Position numbers and translations under genes: made by a program. Shown here piece after piece: positions 31,013 through 41,727 of a stretch of 64,000 bases of DNA. Where the stretch lies: the NCBI GenBank assembly GCA_016840085.1, contig JAEOTA010000019.1, positions 9,366 through 73,365 on the forward strand. The letters run 5' to 3'. The notes below the pieces were generated by a model. The model did no database searches. It had not been told where the DNA came from and saw only the letters and a program-made list of their open reading frames with translations. Within the stretch, counting starts at the first letter, position 1, and the number at the start of each line of letters is the position of its first letter. Source of the stretch: Promethearchaeota archaeon. Lineage in GTDB: Archaea > Asgardarchaeota > Lokiarchaeia > Sigyniarchaeales > SOKP01.

Positions 31013-31618
31013 CTATTGATCTAAGAGTCCTACCATTATCAGATTTTTTAATCTATCTGAATTAAAATTATGTTTAAATATACCTTCAAGACAGTACACG
31101 TTTAATTGTTCTTCAGTTCTAGACTCTTTACATTTATTCTTCAAATCGCAATGAGGACACAGAATACTTATTTCTTCAACATCTAGTGTTTTAGCTTGAG
31201 CATGTAAATCATAAAGTAACTTCAAATATTTACCTTCAACAATTCGAGGGATATTAATTTTATTATCTAATATACTATATTCATATAATCGCTTATTCGA
31301 CTTCTTAAGATTACAATCTTGACAAATCCACACAGTATTATCAGGATGATCTAGACCACCTCGTGATAATGGTAATATATGTTCTACAGTTAAATTCTCA
31401 TCTTCTTTATTACAATAATAACATACATCACGTCGCTCGTTTTCTTTAATCCACTCTTGTATCGATGATGACCACTTTATATCACCATTTTTTAACTTTT
31501 GGAAGCGGCTCATCATGAATACAAATTTAATCTGACCAAAACCCGCAGATTGAGAAATTATTTTAGCATATTGCCAAAAAATTAAATCTTTTATGGATTT
31601 CACAGCTTTAGGAGGCAT
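31013..31618 (-). CDS. HNH endonuclease
   Basis: CYYC...LTVEHILPLSRGG...N...CQDCN..K. Confidence 0.88.
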   Translation of the reverse strand: MPPKAVKSIKDLIFWQYAKIISQSAGFGQIKFVFMMSRFQKLKNGDIKWSSSIQEWIKENERRDVCYYCNKEDENLTVEHILPLSRGGLDHPDNTVWICQDCNLKKSNKRLYEYSILDNKINIPRIVEGKYLKLLYDLHAQAKTLDVEEISILCPHCDLKNKCKESRTEEQLNVYCLEGIFKHNFNSDRLKNLIMVGLLDQ

Positions 31619-31817
31619 TATTCACCCAATTGAATTCTTTATTATAGTTATAAATAAAAATATTATTAGCAAATTTATAACATTTTTGTAAAATCTTTTT
31701 TCATATTAAAATCAACAAAAAATCATAATATTAATTCAATATGTTAATGAAGAACGGATTTATCCCTGAATTTATAAAATATACTCAATAGAATCTTTGA
31801 TACTTTACCCGTTACGC

Positions 31818-32111
31818 TTATGATCTAGTTGGTTCAATTAATCTATATAATTCCAGAGCGAGTTTTTTCATAATTGGAACATGTCCTTCAGTTATAATGT
31901 GGCCTTCAATGATGATTGTTGGTGGAATAAAAGTCCCAAATTTTTCTATTATATCTTGTGAGTTAACATCTTCATAACTCACTTCGAATTTTTGTTTAAA
32001 TTCAGGTATCGTTTCAAAAATTCGCTCGATGATATTTTGTGTTTTACAACATTTAGCACAATAATTATTTTCTTCATTTTTTATTAAAACATGGATAACT
32101 GACTTAGAAAT
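31818..32111 (-). CDS. Thioredoxin-like protein (CAKC) with probable ATT start; absent from ORF track
   Basis: Manual translation: (I)SKSVIHVLIKNEENNYCAKCCKTQNIIERIF...FGTFIPPTIIIEGHIITEGHVP...; 97 aa open frame bounded upstream by TGA TAA. Confidence 0.72.
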   Translation of the reverse strand: MSKSVIHVLIKNEENNYCAKCCKTQNIIERIFETIPEFKQKFEVSYEDVNSQDIIEKFGTFIPPTIIIEGHIITEGHVPIMKKLALELYRLIEPTRS

Positions 32112-32400
32112 TATTTATCACTATTTCCCCATTATTACCTTTTAACTTAAAAAATGAAATATTTTAGCTAATAAATGATTTTTGAAAAACAATATTTAAT
32201 CAAACCTTCCCTCAAAATTGATTAAATATTTTATTATTCATAGAAAGAAGATTCCATTTTTTGAGCAGTTAGTTGTTTTACGATTAAGTATGGAAATTTT
32301 TTTCTATTTTAATAATCATCTAAGCAAGTTATGGTCTAATTTCACCTTCGATAAGTATATTAAAATTTAAATAATACAATTCCCATGTTTATATTGTAAA

Positions 32401-32826
32401 ATGAGTCCAGCAATAGAAATAAATGATGTTGTTAAAAATAAATTAGACGAGTTCAAAGAAAAAAGTGGGAGTGAATCATATTCTGCTGCTATCAACATCT
32501 GTCTAATCCAATTAAAATTACTTGAAGATAATCGAAAATTAATAACTGAAGTTCGAGATACATTAAACTCATTTAGCCCTGCCGTACAATCTGATACAAA
32601 AGTGATTGATGCGTTAAGAAATTATGTTAATTCTGAGGATAATGAGGATAAATTGGCAATGTTTGTCAGACTGATTGATTCGAAAGCCAACGCACATAAA
32701 CTTTTAGTATCTCAGGGCAAAGTAAGAGAAGCTCAAAACGTATATTCTGAATGGAAAGCATTAGTCGAAGTTGCTAATTTATTGGGTATCGAGTCCGAAC
32801 TAGATATGATCAAAAAAGAAGAATAA
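32401..32826 (+). CDS. Hypothetical protein, N-terminus possibly DNA-binding (RHH-like)
   Basis: 141 aa ORF; IEINDVVKNKLDEFK....SYSAAI pattern. Confidence 0.6.
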   Translation: MSPAIEINDVVKNKLDEFKEKSGSESYSAAINICLIQLKLLEDNRKLITEVRDTLNSFSPAVQSDTKVIDALRNYVNSEDNEDKLAMFVRLIDSKANAHKLLVSQGKVREAQNVYSEWKALVEVANLLGIESELDMIKKEE

Positions 32827-32830
32827 CTTT

Positions 32831-34090
32831 TTAGATTCTGTAATCAACATTAGGAAGATTTTCAACATCATACGGAAGTTTAGCATCGTGTGGAATTGGG
32901 TCAATATAAAAGTGCCTAAAGTTTGGATTTTGCATTCTACAATAAGTACTTCGATGATTATACGCGGGATGGTGTACCATGTTGTTCCAGATTTTCTTTA
33001 AAGATTTATTTCTGACGTTCCCAAATGATAAGGGAGTAAAGTCACAGGGTGATACATCCCCATACGCCGACACATAATATTGGATATTAACGGCTAAACA
33101 CCCTATCCCGCCAAGATATCCTTCTATAGAATTTTGCCAAGATTGAGAATTAAATTGAGGGACCATGTGATGCTTAAAAATTTTAGAAGAGAATTCCCGA
33201 ATTTCTTCGTGCTGTTCTGGTGTAAGCATCTCACTGATATCATTTAACATATTTCCTGTTGGAACAGCATCAAAAAGGATTAAATTTTCAACACCAAGGT
33301 CTCTTGCTAGCGAATAAAGCTTTTTATACGTTCCCTTTTGAGTTGAAGAGCGAGTCGCATATGATGATATCCCAACATAACCTCCTTTAGATTTCATTCT
33401 CTTTATTCCCTGAATGGCAGTTTCAAATAAACCTGTCATACTTCTTAATTGGTCATGTTCTTCAGGAACGGGACTGTCAATACTTACAAAAAGTGAATAT
33501 AATCCGGCATCAACTAATTTCTCAATATTTTCTTCCGAAAGTAATCGTCCGTTTGTAAAAAGAATAGGTAAAGCTTTCCTCTTATCAACATAAGAAATTA
33601 ATTCATAAATGTCATCACGTAATAATGGCTCTCCCCCTGTGAACGCAATCATTGCAACCCCAAGATCTTGACTTTGGTCTATCAGAGCTTTCGCCTCTCT
33701 TGTTGATAGTTCACGCACATCATTCCTCAAATGTCTTCCCGCACTGCAATGTACACAATTACACTGACATTTATAGGTTACCGCGAATGTCATGGCAACT
33801 GGAAATGTATGACGAAAAATTCTACCCATTATAATGGCTTTCATTACCCTCAGCATGGGATGACTTCCAACCGGTGGCGCAAACGTGTTAGCTACTCTCT
33901 TACCCCTCCATTTTCCTAAATTCCGATATTGCCCATAGAATTGGCCTTGGATGAGAATCATAATAAGGAATCTTAATTTGTCGAAAAGTGGATTTAATAA
34001 CCCTGTCCCTATAACCTCCCCCGTGTCTAACTTTTTGAAACTTACGAGCTTTTTACCGAAAAATTTCAATAGGGTTCTTTCTCGCGCCAT
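32831..34090 (-). CDS. Radical SAM protein with SPASM/twitch domain
   Basis: CQCNCVHC, FTGGEP, CLA...GDVSPCDF. Confidence 0.93.
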   Translation of the reverse strand: MARERTLLKFFGKKLVSFKKLDTGEVIGTGLLNPLFDKLRFLIMILIQGQFYGQYRNLGKWRGKRVANTFAPPVGSHPMLRVMKAIIMGRIFRHTFPVAMTFAVTYKCQCNCVHCSAGRHLRNDVRELSTREAKALIDQSQDLGVAMIAFTGGEPLLRDDIYELISYVDKRKALPILFTNGRLLSEENIEKLVDAGLYSLFVSIDSPVPEEHDQLRSMTGLFETAIQGIKRMKSKGGYVGISSYATRSSTQKGTYKKLYSLARDLGVENLILFDAVPTGNMLNDISEMLTPEQHEEIREFSSKIFKHHMVPQFNSQSWQNSIEGYLGGIGCLAVNIQYYVSAYGDVSPCDFTPLSFGNVRNKSLKKIWNNMVHHPAYNHRSTYCRMQNPNFRHFYIDPIPHDAKLPYDVENLPNVDYRI

Positions 34091-34206
34091 CTAACAATAA
34101 CAATTCAATTATTTACTTTTTGTTCTAAGAATTTATAGATCGTATCATTTAAAAGATTATCTTCTAAAACCAACAGAATAATTAAAAATGAAAAACCTAA
34201 ATTTTT

Positions 34207-34527
34207 CTAATAATTTTTATATGCTTTTATCCTTGTCTGAATAGCATCAATTATATATCCTGGAAACTCATTAAATGGTATATCCTTAAATAGCTCAAAA
34301 CAGGAACAACAAAATCCCAATTTAAAAACTTCAACATTTTTATAAAAAAGATGATTCCTCCTTACGGGCTTATCAAGCTTTCTATCACAAATTATACAAT
34401 AATCAAAAAATCTGGTGATCTTTTCTCTCTCAATTCGTTTCGCTATTTTTGGATTATTTAATATGTACGATTTGATTATTTTCCGCAGACGTTCTGAATC
34501 GGATATATAACCTTGAAAGATTCTCAT
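34207..34527 (-). CDS. Hypothetical zinc-binding protein
   Basis: CIIC...FCCSC. Confidence 0.6.
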   Translation of the reverse strand: MRIFQGYISDSERLRKIIKSYILNNPKIAKRIEREKITRFFDYCIICDRKLDKPVRRNHLFYKNVEVFKLGFCCSCFELFKDIPFNEFPGYIIDAIQTRIKAYKNY

Positions 34528-35090
34528 AGATTTAATTTTACTAAAAAGTTCTTTTCTTACCTTTGAAATTGTTGATAATATAATATATAAATGTTTTTCA
34601 ATTTTACTCTGGTATGACTTAAAGCTGAATAATAATATTTAAATATAATTTCTTAGATTATGAAGTAAAATATTTTTAGTTACTTTTTTCTTACATATCA
34701 AATAAGGTCTCAACGCGGTCTATTATATTTTGGACTGCTTGCTTACTTCTCTTTTGCTCGATAGATTACAAGCATTCCATTTAGCGGTCATGTTATAATA
34801 TTATCTTTTTATTTAGCTCATCAAGGGATAAGTAATAAGTTAAAATATCCATTAAGATTTCTAATTGGAATACTAGTTCTTATTATAACAGCTGTTTACA
34901 AATTGCTTCTTTGGAACGATCCTATTACTTTTTTTAGGAGCTATAGTAGGAATTGCTATATGGATTCCAGCATTCTTATATCGGATAAAAAGTAATAAGC
35001 AATTAGATGCTCAAGAGTTTTAAAAATGATTTATAGAAGGATTAGACACTTTAAGATTTTATAAAATTATTAAATTTAACTTGAACTAAC

Positions 35091-36257
35091 TCAGCTTACT
35101 TCGACGTGAGATTCGATTTTATTAATTGATTCATCAATGCGGCTAGGATCATCAACCTTAATCGAGATTGCTTCATTAGGGCAGGTACTTTCGCATCTTC
35201 CACAGCCTAAACATCGTTCCTGGTTTATTTTCGCTATTTCATCAATTATTTCCATTCCCTTAAAGACACATACTTCAAGACACTCTCCACATCCAACACA
35301 AAGGTCTTCATCAACATAAACACTAACACCCTCCATTCTGTGAAATAAATTAAGACTAATTGAGCCATAAGTCAGAATCTTTCCATCAATACAACAACAG
35401 GGACAACAGAAACACATGGATAAAAAATGTCCAGTATCTTCAACGCCATATCCATCAGCCTCATCCATAGCTCTTCCGAGTAATGGAATTAAACCATCAT
35501 CAATGGCAAGTTTCACCCGTTCTAAGGCTTCCTCCTTTGTCGCAAAATGGCCTTTATCTTCAGTAATCAGTATGTTTAAAGTATCATCACCCATATACAT
35601 ACACCCCAACGACTTATCATGATCTTGACAATCATTTATTGTCCTACAAGGACAGTTATTTAACATAACAATATTACTCGCCTTATCAATAAAGTGTTTA
35701 AAGACTTTAACCGGCATAATTTGACTTTCAAATGTTCCCAAGGATTGATTGATAGGTACGAAAACGCCATAGTCATCATCCCCTAATGCCATTTTAACAA
35801 GATTTCGAAACATTGGTAATTTTGATAGTATAAATGGATGATAGCCCTTCTCTTCGTTGAAATAAGCAGTTAGAAAAGGTTTCGTTATTCTTGATCTTTT
35901 TTTACCTTTTTCTGTATCAACAATTTTCCAACCTACAGTCTTATATATTTTAAATCCACCTTTATGACCTGGAGCAAACGTGAACTTAAAGGCTCCACCC
36001 TTTAAGAACTCAATCGCTAGCTTTTTATCTCTAATTTCCAAAGTAATATCAGGCTCATCTAATTTTTCTCCAAATTTGTAAGAGATGTTGTCTTTCTCAA
36101 AAATTTGATACCCAAAAATTTCACAAATCTTCCATTGAACTTTTAATAATCCAAAATCTTTCACGTCTACTTGATAAAATTTATCTTTCTGAGGTATATT
36201 CTCAAGATCTTTCATCATTTTGATGAATAAAGATTCGATTTCCCCTTTATTTTCCAT
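35091..36257 (-). CDS. 4Fe-4S ferredoxin-domain protein with N-terminal SCP2-like region
   Basis: CPCR, CFCCPCCC, CVGCGECLEVC, CLGCGRCESTCP. Confidence 0.85.
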   Translation of the reverse strand: MENKGEIESLFIKMMKDLENIPQKDKFYQVDVKDFGLLKVQWKICEIFGYQIFEKDNISYKFGEKLDEPDITLEIRDKKLAIEFLKGGAFKFTFAPGHKGGFKIYKTVGWKIVDTEKGKKRSRITKPFLTAYFNEEKGYHPFILSKLPMFRNLVKMALGDDDYGVFVPINQSLGTFESQIMPVKVFKHFIDKASNIVMLNNCPCRTINDCQDHDKSLGCMYMGDDTLNILITEDKGHFATKEEALERVKLAIDDGLIPLLGRAMDEADGYGVEDTGHFLSMCFCCPCCCIDGKILTYGSISLNLFHRMEGVSVYVDEDLCVGCGECLEVCVFKGMEIIDEIAKINQERCLGCGRCESTCPNEAISIKVDDPSRIDESINKIESHVEVS

Positions 36258-36529
36258 AATTTCACGTGGAATATTCTTAAATTAAATTTATTAATATAAT
36301 GTTTTGAATTATTAAAATTTGAGCTCTTCCAGTATAGCTTTATTTTTTAATTCAAGATTAAGTTAAGAAACTAATTTAAATTTATTTTTTTTTTCATTTA
36401 TACCCTAATTTCTTAATTACCATATACATAAAAATAGTTAAATTAAAAATTATTGAAAACAAATTGTAGTACGAAATTAAAAAAATAAAAAAAGATAGTA
36501 TATTTCAAGTTTATAGTTAATATACGGCT

Positions 36530-36751
36530 TCATTTAACTCCAAGTATTCCTTTACAATTAGTACATATACTGATCGTAATATATGTATCCCCTGGTTTTA
36601 CAGAACGACGCCCCATGTCTAAAAGCCCTGGAGTCTTAGTAGATATATTATAAATACCTTTCGTATATGCCACTGCTCTTTTACTATAATCCATGCTTAT
36701 TTTTGTTTGACAGATGGGACAAACTATATATTCGGGATATTCTACTGTAAT
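36530..36751 (-). CDS. Small zinc-ribbon protein, copy 1, probable ATT start; absent from ORF track
   Basis: (I)TVEYPEYIVCPICQTKISMDYSKRAVAYTKGIYNISTKTPGLLDMGRRSVKPGDTYITISICTNCKGILGVK; paralogue of 59357..59587. Confidence 0.75.
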   Translation of the reverse strand: MTVEYPEYIVCPICQTKISMDYSKRAVAYTKGIYNISTKTPGLLDMGRRSVKPGDTYITISICTNCKGILGVK

Positions 36752-36981
36752 TTTTAATCACTCTTTTTCTCTTCTTTCTTTTATAGAATAGATTTCACAT
36801 TTTGTGAGATCTTCTCAATATTTACTATTTTGCTAGTAAATTAAAAAAAGATATAGATTTTTCTAATAAAAAAATTTTTTGACTATTCGTAATTATGCCT
36901 ATTTTTTGTAAATTATTTCATGCTCCAGCCACAAATAAATCTATTTATAATATCTCATCTAAATAGATATAAAAATCTAAA

Positions 36982-37338
36982 GGATTCTCAAGGGCAGTAA
37001 AAATAGGAAATTTCATCTCAGTGTCAGGAACTGCACCACGCGCTCCAGATGGTACAACTACGCGTGTGAATGATAAACATGGTCAGACTAAACATTGTTT
37101 AAAAATTATAAAAAGAGCAATTGCAGATGCAGAAGGCTCTTTAGAGAACATAATTCGAACGAGAATAATGCTGAAGGATATCTCAAAATGGGAATTGGCT
37201 GCTAAAGCCCATGGAGAGTTTTTTTCAAAGATACGACCAGCATGTACCTTTGTGGAAGTTAAAGACTTTACCTATCCTGATTGGTTAGTTAAAGTAGAAG
37301 CAGATTGCGTTATTAAAAACGAAGATCATAGCGTTTAA
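36982..37338 (+). pseudogene. RidA/YjgF family protein, apparently 5'-truncated
   Basis: GFSRAVKIGNFISVSGTAP...HGEFFSKIRPA.TFVEV...LVKVEAD; in-frame TAA just upstream and the usual N-terminus is missing. Confidence 0.65.
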
Positions 37339-37531
37339 AATTTAAAAATTGCTATTAACTTAATTATCATCAGAAAAATTTGATAAAATTATAAACTTAA
37401 ATCTCAATCTAAAATTCTCCTTTTCATTATAATCATATCTTTAAGGAACTTTCTATTTTAAAAGGAATAACTATTTCTATTTATCTCCCCCTCTAATATC
37501 CATAGTCAATTTACAAAAGAATTAATTTATT

Positions 37532-38704
37532 GTGATTAGTTTGAAAAAAAAGTTGATTTTAGTAATTTTAATAATAGTTATTATTGCTGTCGGTGTTGGT
37601 ATCGTTTTTCTTTTAAATTTTCAAGGTGCAACCTTAAAAATCTACTCATATGAAATTCAAAATGCTTTCCCAGATTTAACATTTAATAGACCAGTCGGAA
37701 TATATGATCCAGAAGATGGATCAAATAGGCTTTTTGTTGTTGAACAAGATGGAAGGATTATAGTTTTTGAAAATCATGAGAATACTAGTAATTATCAAGT
37801 TTTCCTTGATTTAAAGGATCGAATTTTGTATGGAGGAGAAAGAGGTTTACTTGGGTTAACCTTTCATCCTAATTATACATTGAATGGGTATTTTTTTATC
37901 TATTATTCGGAAACTGGAACAGGAGATTCTATACTTTCGCGCATTAAAGTAAATTCTTCAGATCCTAATATTGCCAATAAATCTAGTGAAATTATCCTGG
38001 TAAAAATTTCACAACCATATTCAAATCACAATGGTGGTCAAATAAGCTTTGGGCCAGATGGATACTTATATATAGCTTTAGGAGATGGAGGGGGGAATGG
38101 CGATCCCGCAAGTAATGGACAAAATCGAAAAACATTGCTAGGTTCAATTCTTAGGATTGATGTAGATTCAGCTTTTCCGTATGCTATCCCTACTGATAAT
38201 CCTTTCTACAATAATTCAGAGGGATGGGTAGAAGAAATTTTCGCATTTGGTTTTCGAAATCCTTGGCGTTTTAGTTTTGATGGTAATACAGGATCGCTTT
38301 GGGCTGCCGATGTTGGACAATCTTCATGGGAAGAAATAGATGTAGTGGAAAAGGGTAAAAATTATGGTTGGAACACTATGGAAGGAACTCATGATTTTAA
38401 TCTCGGAACAAATGTATCTCAATTGGTAGATCCTCTCTATGAATATAGCCATAGTCTTGGAAATTCAATTACAGGGGGATACGTCTATAGAGGATCAATT
38501 CTAACAGATTTAATTGGAAAATATATTTATGCAGATTACGTCTCTGGAAGAATCTGGGCATTGGAATATTCTGAAGGGAACGTAGTAAACAACACAGAAC
38601 TTATTGATACTGATTTACAAATCCCATCTTTCGGTGTTGATGCACATAATGAATTATATATCTGCGCATTTGACGGAAATGTATACAAACTCATTCAGAT
38701 TTAA
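37532..38704 (+). CDS. PQQ-dependent glucose/sorbosone dehydrogenase family, membrane-anchored
   Basis: GERGLLG, NHNGG, GPDGYLY, GFRNPWR, DVG, NYGW. Confidence 0.92.
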   Translation: MISLKKKLILVILIIVIIAVGVGIVFLLNFQGATLKIYSYEIQNAFPDLTFNRPVGIYDPEDGSNRLFVVEQDGRIIVFENHENTSNYQVFLDLKDRILYGGERGLLGLTFHPNYTLNGYFFIYYSETGTGDSILSRIKVNSSDPNIANKSSEIILVKISQPYSNHNGGQISFGPDGYLYIALGDGGGNGDPASNGQNRKTLLGSILRIDVDSAFPYAIPTDNPFYNNSEGWVEEIFAFGFRNPWRFSFDGNTGSLWAADVGQSSWEEIDVVEKGKNYGWNTMEGTHDFNLGTNVSQLVDPLYEYSHSLGNSITGGYVYRGSILTDLIGKYIYADYVSGRIWALEYSEGNVVNNTELIDTDLQIPSFGVDAHNELYICAFDGNVYKLIQI

Positions 38705-38935
38705 ACTTTTTTTTAATCTTTTCTCTCTCAAATCCTCAATATAAAAATTTTACTAATGAATTTAAAGAAGTTCGAAAACTTATGACCGAAAGAAGGAGAG
38801 AAATAGAACAAAATTTGAACTAAAAAATGAGAAGTGAGATGTATATAAATCGGAAAAAGTTAATAATTAAAGTAATTTTAACTTAAAATTAAATCATATT
38901 CTTATTATTACCGCAAACCTGGACTTAGTAAAAAA

Positions 38936-39682
38936 ATGAAAATTATATTTTTAGGAACTAATGACTGGTATGCCACAGATTTAGGAAATACTATTTCTAC
39001 GTTAATTTGTTCTGATGAATTTTATATTGTCTTAGATGCTGGTGATGGAATTTATAAGATTGATCAATATATTGATGATGAAAAACCAATTATTTTATTA
39101 CTTAGCCATCTTCATCTTGATCATTTAATAGGGCTTCATATATTTGCTAAGTTTCATTTTAATCAAAAAATTAATATATACGGTTATACGGGGACAAAAA
39201 ATCGAATAAATCTAATCATAGACCATCCTTTTTCTTCTCCATTCATTGAATTACCTTTAGAAGTACAAACTCATGATTTAGATGAAGGAAGACATAATAT
39301 TGGATTCCCAATTACGTGTAGACTTCTTGTTCATGCAGATACTTGTTTAGGATACAGATTAGAACTAGATAATAAAATTATTACGTATTGTACTGACACT
39401 GGTTTATGTCCAAATTTATATCGTCTTGCTAAAAATGCTGATATTTTTATTACAGAATGTTCCTATAAGCTTGGTCAAGAAGAGTGGGGGTGGCCACATC
39501 TCAAACCTGAAGAAGCAGCTGATGTAGCAGTAAAATCCAAAGTAAAAAAATTAATTCTAACTCATTTTGATGCAAGTTCTTATAAAACTATACAGGATAG
39601 GAAAAAAGCAGAAGAAAAAGCAAAAGCGCTATTCCCAAAAACAGTAGCATCATTCGATGGTTTAGAACTAACTATAGATTAA
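38936..39682 (+). CDS. MBL-fold metallohydrolase (RNase Z-like)
   Basis: SHLHLDH, TDT, HL, LTHF. Confidence 0.88.
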   Translation: MKIIFLGTNDWYATDLGNTISTLICSDEFYIVLDAGDGIYKIDQYIDDEKPIILLLSHLHLDHLIGLHIFAKFHFNQKINIYGYTGTKNRINLIIDHPFSSPFIELPLEVQTHDLDEGRHNIGFPITCRLLVHADTCLGYRLELDNKIITYCTDTGLCPNLYRLAKNADIFITECSYKLGQEEWGWPHLKPEEAADVAVKSKVKKLILTHFDASSYKTIQDRKKAEEKAKALFPKTVASFDGLELTID

Positions 39683-39882
39683 CTGCGTTATCATATTTTA
39701 AAGATAATAAATGAGAATGCAATGCTTTATTAGCAACATCTTCTTTTAAAACGAGCCAAATTAGACTTTATTTTCATTTCTTCCTTATTTATATTATTAA
39801 TATTAATTTAAGTTGGATCTTTTGCTTTAATTTGTTTTCTTAGATATATTTGTTTGTAATTCACAAATATTTAAATATCTTG

Positions 39883-39902
39883 AATAATATCTAGATATTA
39901 TT
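39883..39902. promoter_or_regulatory. Perfect 20-bp palindrome upstream of the Lrp/AsnC gene (candidate operator)
   Basis: aataatatctagatattatt, just downstream of TATA-like tttaaata. Confidence 0.5.
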
Positions 39903-39930
39903 AAGAAAACTAAACTACATCTAAATAAAA

Positions 39931-40377
39931 ATGATTGATGATCTTAATAAAAATATCTTAAACGAGTTTCAGAAAGATGCTAGTTTAACCTATAAAACAT
40001 TAGCAAAGAAAATTGGGGTGCCCACGTCAACAGTATTTTCAAGAATTAAACAAATGAAAGATTCGGGAGTTATAAGGGGAATTGTTCCATTAGTTTCACC
40101 TGTGAAAGTGGGTAAACCCACAACGGCTTGGATCAAAATAAGTCTTGAAATTAATACTGATTGCTGTGATTTTGCAGATGAAGTGGCTAAAAATGTGAAC
40201 GTGATGGAAGTTCATGAAATTGCTGGTGAATGGGATATATTATTAAAAGCTAAAACAGAGGATAACCTAGCATTGCATGATCTTACTAAGGAAATCAGCC
40301 AAATACCCGGTATTAAAAATATGGAGTCCCTTATTGCCTTTAAAACAATAAAAGAGGATCCAAGAATTAATCTATAA
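39931..40377 (+). CDS. Lrp/AsnC transcriptional regulator
   Basis: N-terminal HTH (LAKKIGVPTSTVFSRI), IAGEWD. Confidence 0.93.
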   Translation: MIDDLNKNILNEFQKDASLTYKTLAKKIGVPTSTVFSRIKQMKDSGVIRGIVPLVSPVKVGKPTTAWIKISLEINTDCCDFADEVAKNVNVMEVHEIAGEWDILLKAKTEDNLALHDLTKEISQIPGIKNMESLIAFKTIKEDPRINL

Positions 40378-40453
40378 TTAAAACTTCAAGTTTTGACATA
40401 TTAGGGTTATCAAGGATTAAATATATAAAGTAAAAAGAATGTGAGTAATAATT

Positions 40454-41389
40454 ATGAGTAATAGAAAAGAAATCATAGAGAATTTTTATAAAAGCTTAGA
40501 AGCGAAAGGTTATAAAGGAAAAATTGTTTCTGCAGAACATATTCCAGATTTACGTCAAACAGTTACAAATTATTATGATCAAAATCTTTTAGATCCTGGT
40601 TTTTATGAGGAATATAAACCTTATTTTGAATTTGAACCAAATGTGGATTTAGTTGAAATAAAATCTCTTTTCATTATCTCAGTTCCACAACCTCAATTTG
40701 AAGCCGTCTTTCGCTTGCATAATAAAAGGATCTCTTTGCTTATTCCTCCCACATATTTATATAGCCTTAAATTAATTAACGAGCTGACTGAATTTCTTAC
40801 TGAAATATTGAAACCAGCGGGTTATAATGTAGCCTACGCGACTCTTCCTCAAAAAACTTTAGCCGTACATAGTGGATTAGCCGAATATGGAAGAAATAAT
40901 ATAACATATGTATCGGGAATGGGTAGTTTTCATCGCTTAACAACATTTTATTCAGATTTTCCTCCTGATGAGGATAATTGGCAAGACTTACAAATGATGG
41001 AAATATGTAAGGAATGTTCTGCCTGTACGCGGAAATGCCCAACGCGTGCAATCCCAACTGATCGTTTTCTTTTACGTGCTGAACGCTGTATTACATTTCA
41101 TAATGAACAACCAGGAGATACTCCCTTTCCAGATTGGATTGATCCTAAGTGGCATAATTGTTTAGTGGGGTGTCTACATTGTCAGAAGGTGTGCCCCGCA
41201 AATAAGAAAGTTATAAATTGGACTGAACCAGGACCTAAGTTCACTGAAGAAGAAACAAATTTGATAATAAAAGGAACAAATATTGATGAACTTCCTGCAA
41301 TGACAAAAGAGAAAATAGATAACTACCATCTGGTTAATTATTATGAGATTATTCCCCGAAATTTGAGCGTTTTTTTAAAAGGACAATGA
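40454..41389 (+). CDS. QueG / reductive-dehalogenase-like 4Fe-4S protein
   Basis: SGLAEYGRN, GSF, CKECSACTRKCP, CVGCLHCQKVCP-type cluster motifs. Confidence 0.8.
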   Translation: MSNRKEIIENFYKSLEAKGYKGKIVSAEHIPDLRQTVTNYYDQNLLDPGFYEEYKPYFEFEPNVDLVEIKSLFIISVPQPQFEAVFRLHNKRISLLIPPTYLYSLKLINELTEFLTEILKPAGYNVAYATLPQKTLAVHSGLAEYGRNNITYVSGMGSFHRLTTFYSDFPPDEDNWQDLQMMEICKECSACTRKCPTRAIPTDRFLLRAERCITFHNEQPGDTPFPDWIDPKWHNCLVGCLHCQKVCPANKKVINWTEPGPKFTEEETNLIIKGTNIDELPAMTKEKIDNYHLVNYYEIIPRNLSVFLKGQ

Positions 41390-41727
41390 GAATGTAATAA
41401 ACCATTCTTCTCTGCACATTGTACACACATTTTTCTTTTCATATATTTTCCTTAGTCTATAACTAATTATTTTGGTTTTATCCTTATTATAAAATTGCGA
41501 ATCGTTTTCAATCATAATGGGATTTTTTGTTTGGATAATAGTATTAATTTCTTCTAGAGAATTGTTGTAGGAAGGCATAGAAACATCATCTCGATCAATA
41601 AAGGCATTCAATGACCCATATTTCCAATATGTTTATTTTAAACCTTTCTTGCTATTTTTAACATGAAATCTGATAAAATATTAAATAAAAATTTAAATAC
41701 CAACTTATTATAATAATAATTTGAAAA

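Noticed and set aside
34600-35030. Possible membrane-protein gene in a long intergenic gap
   Set aside because: Hydrophobic coding-like patches are broken by stops and frameshifts and no family could be assigned.
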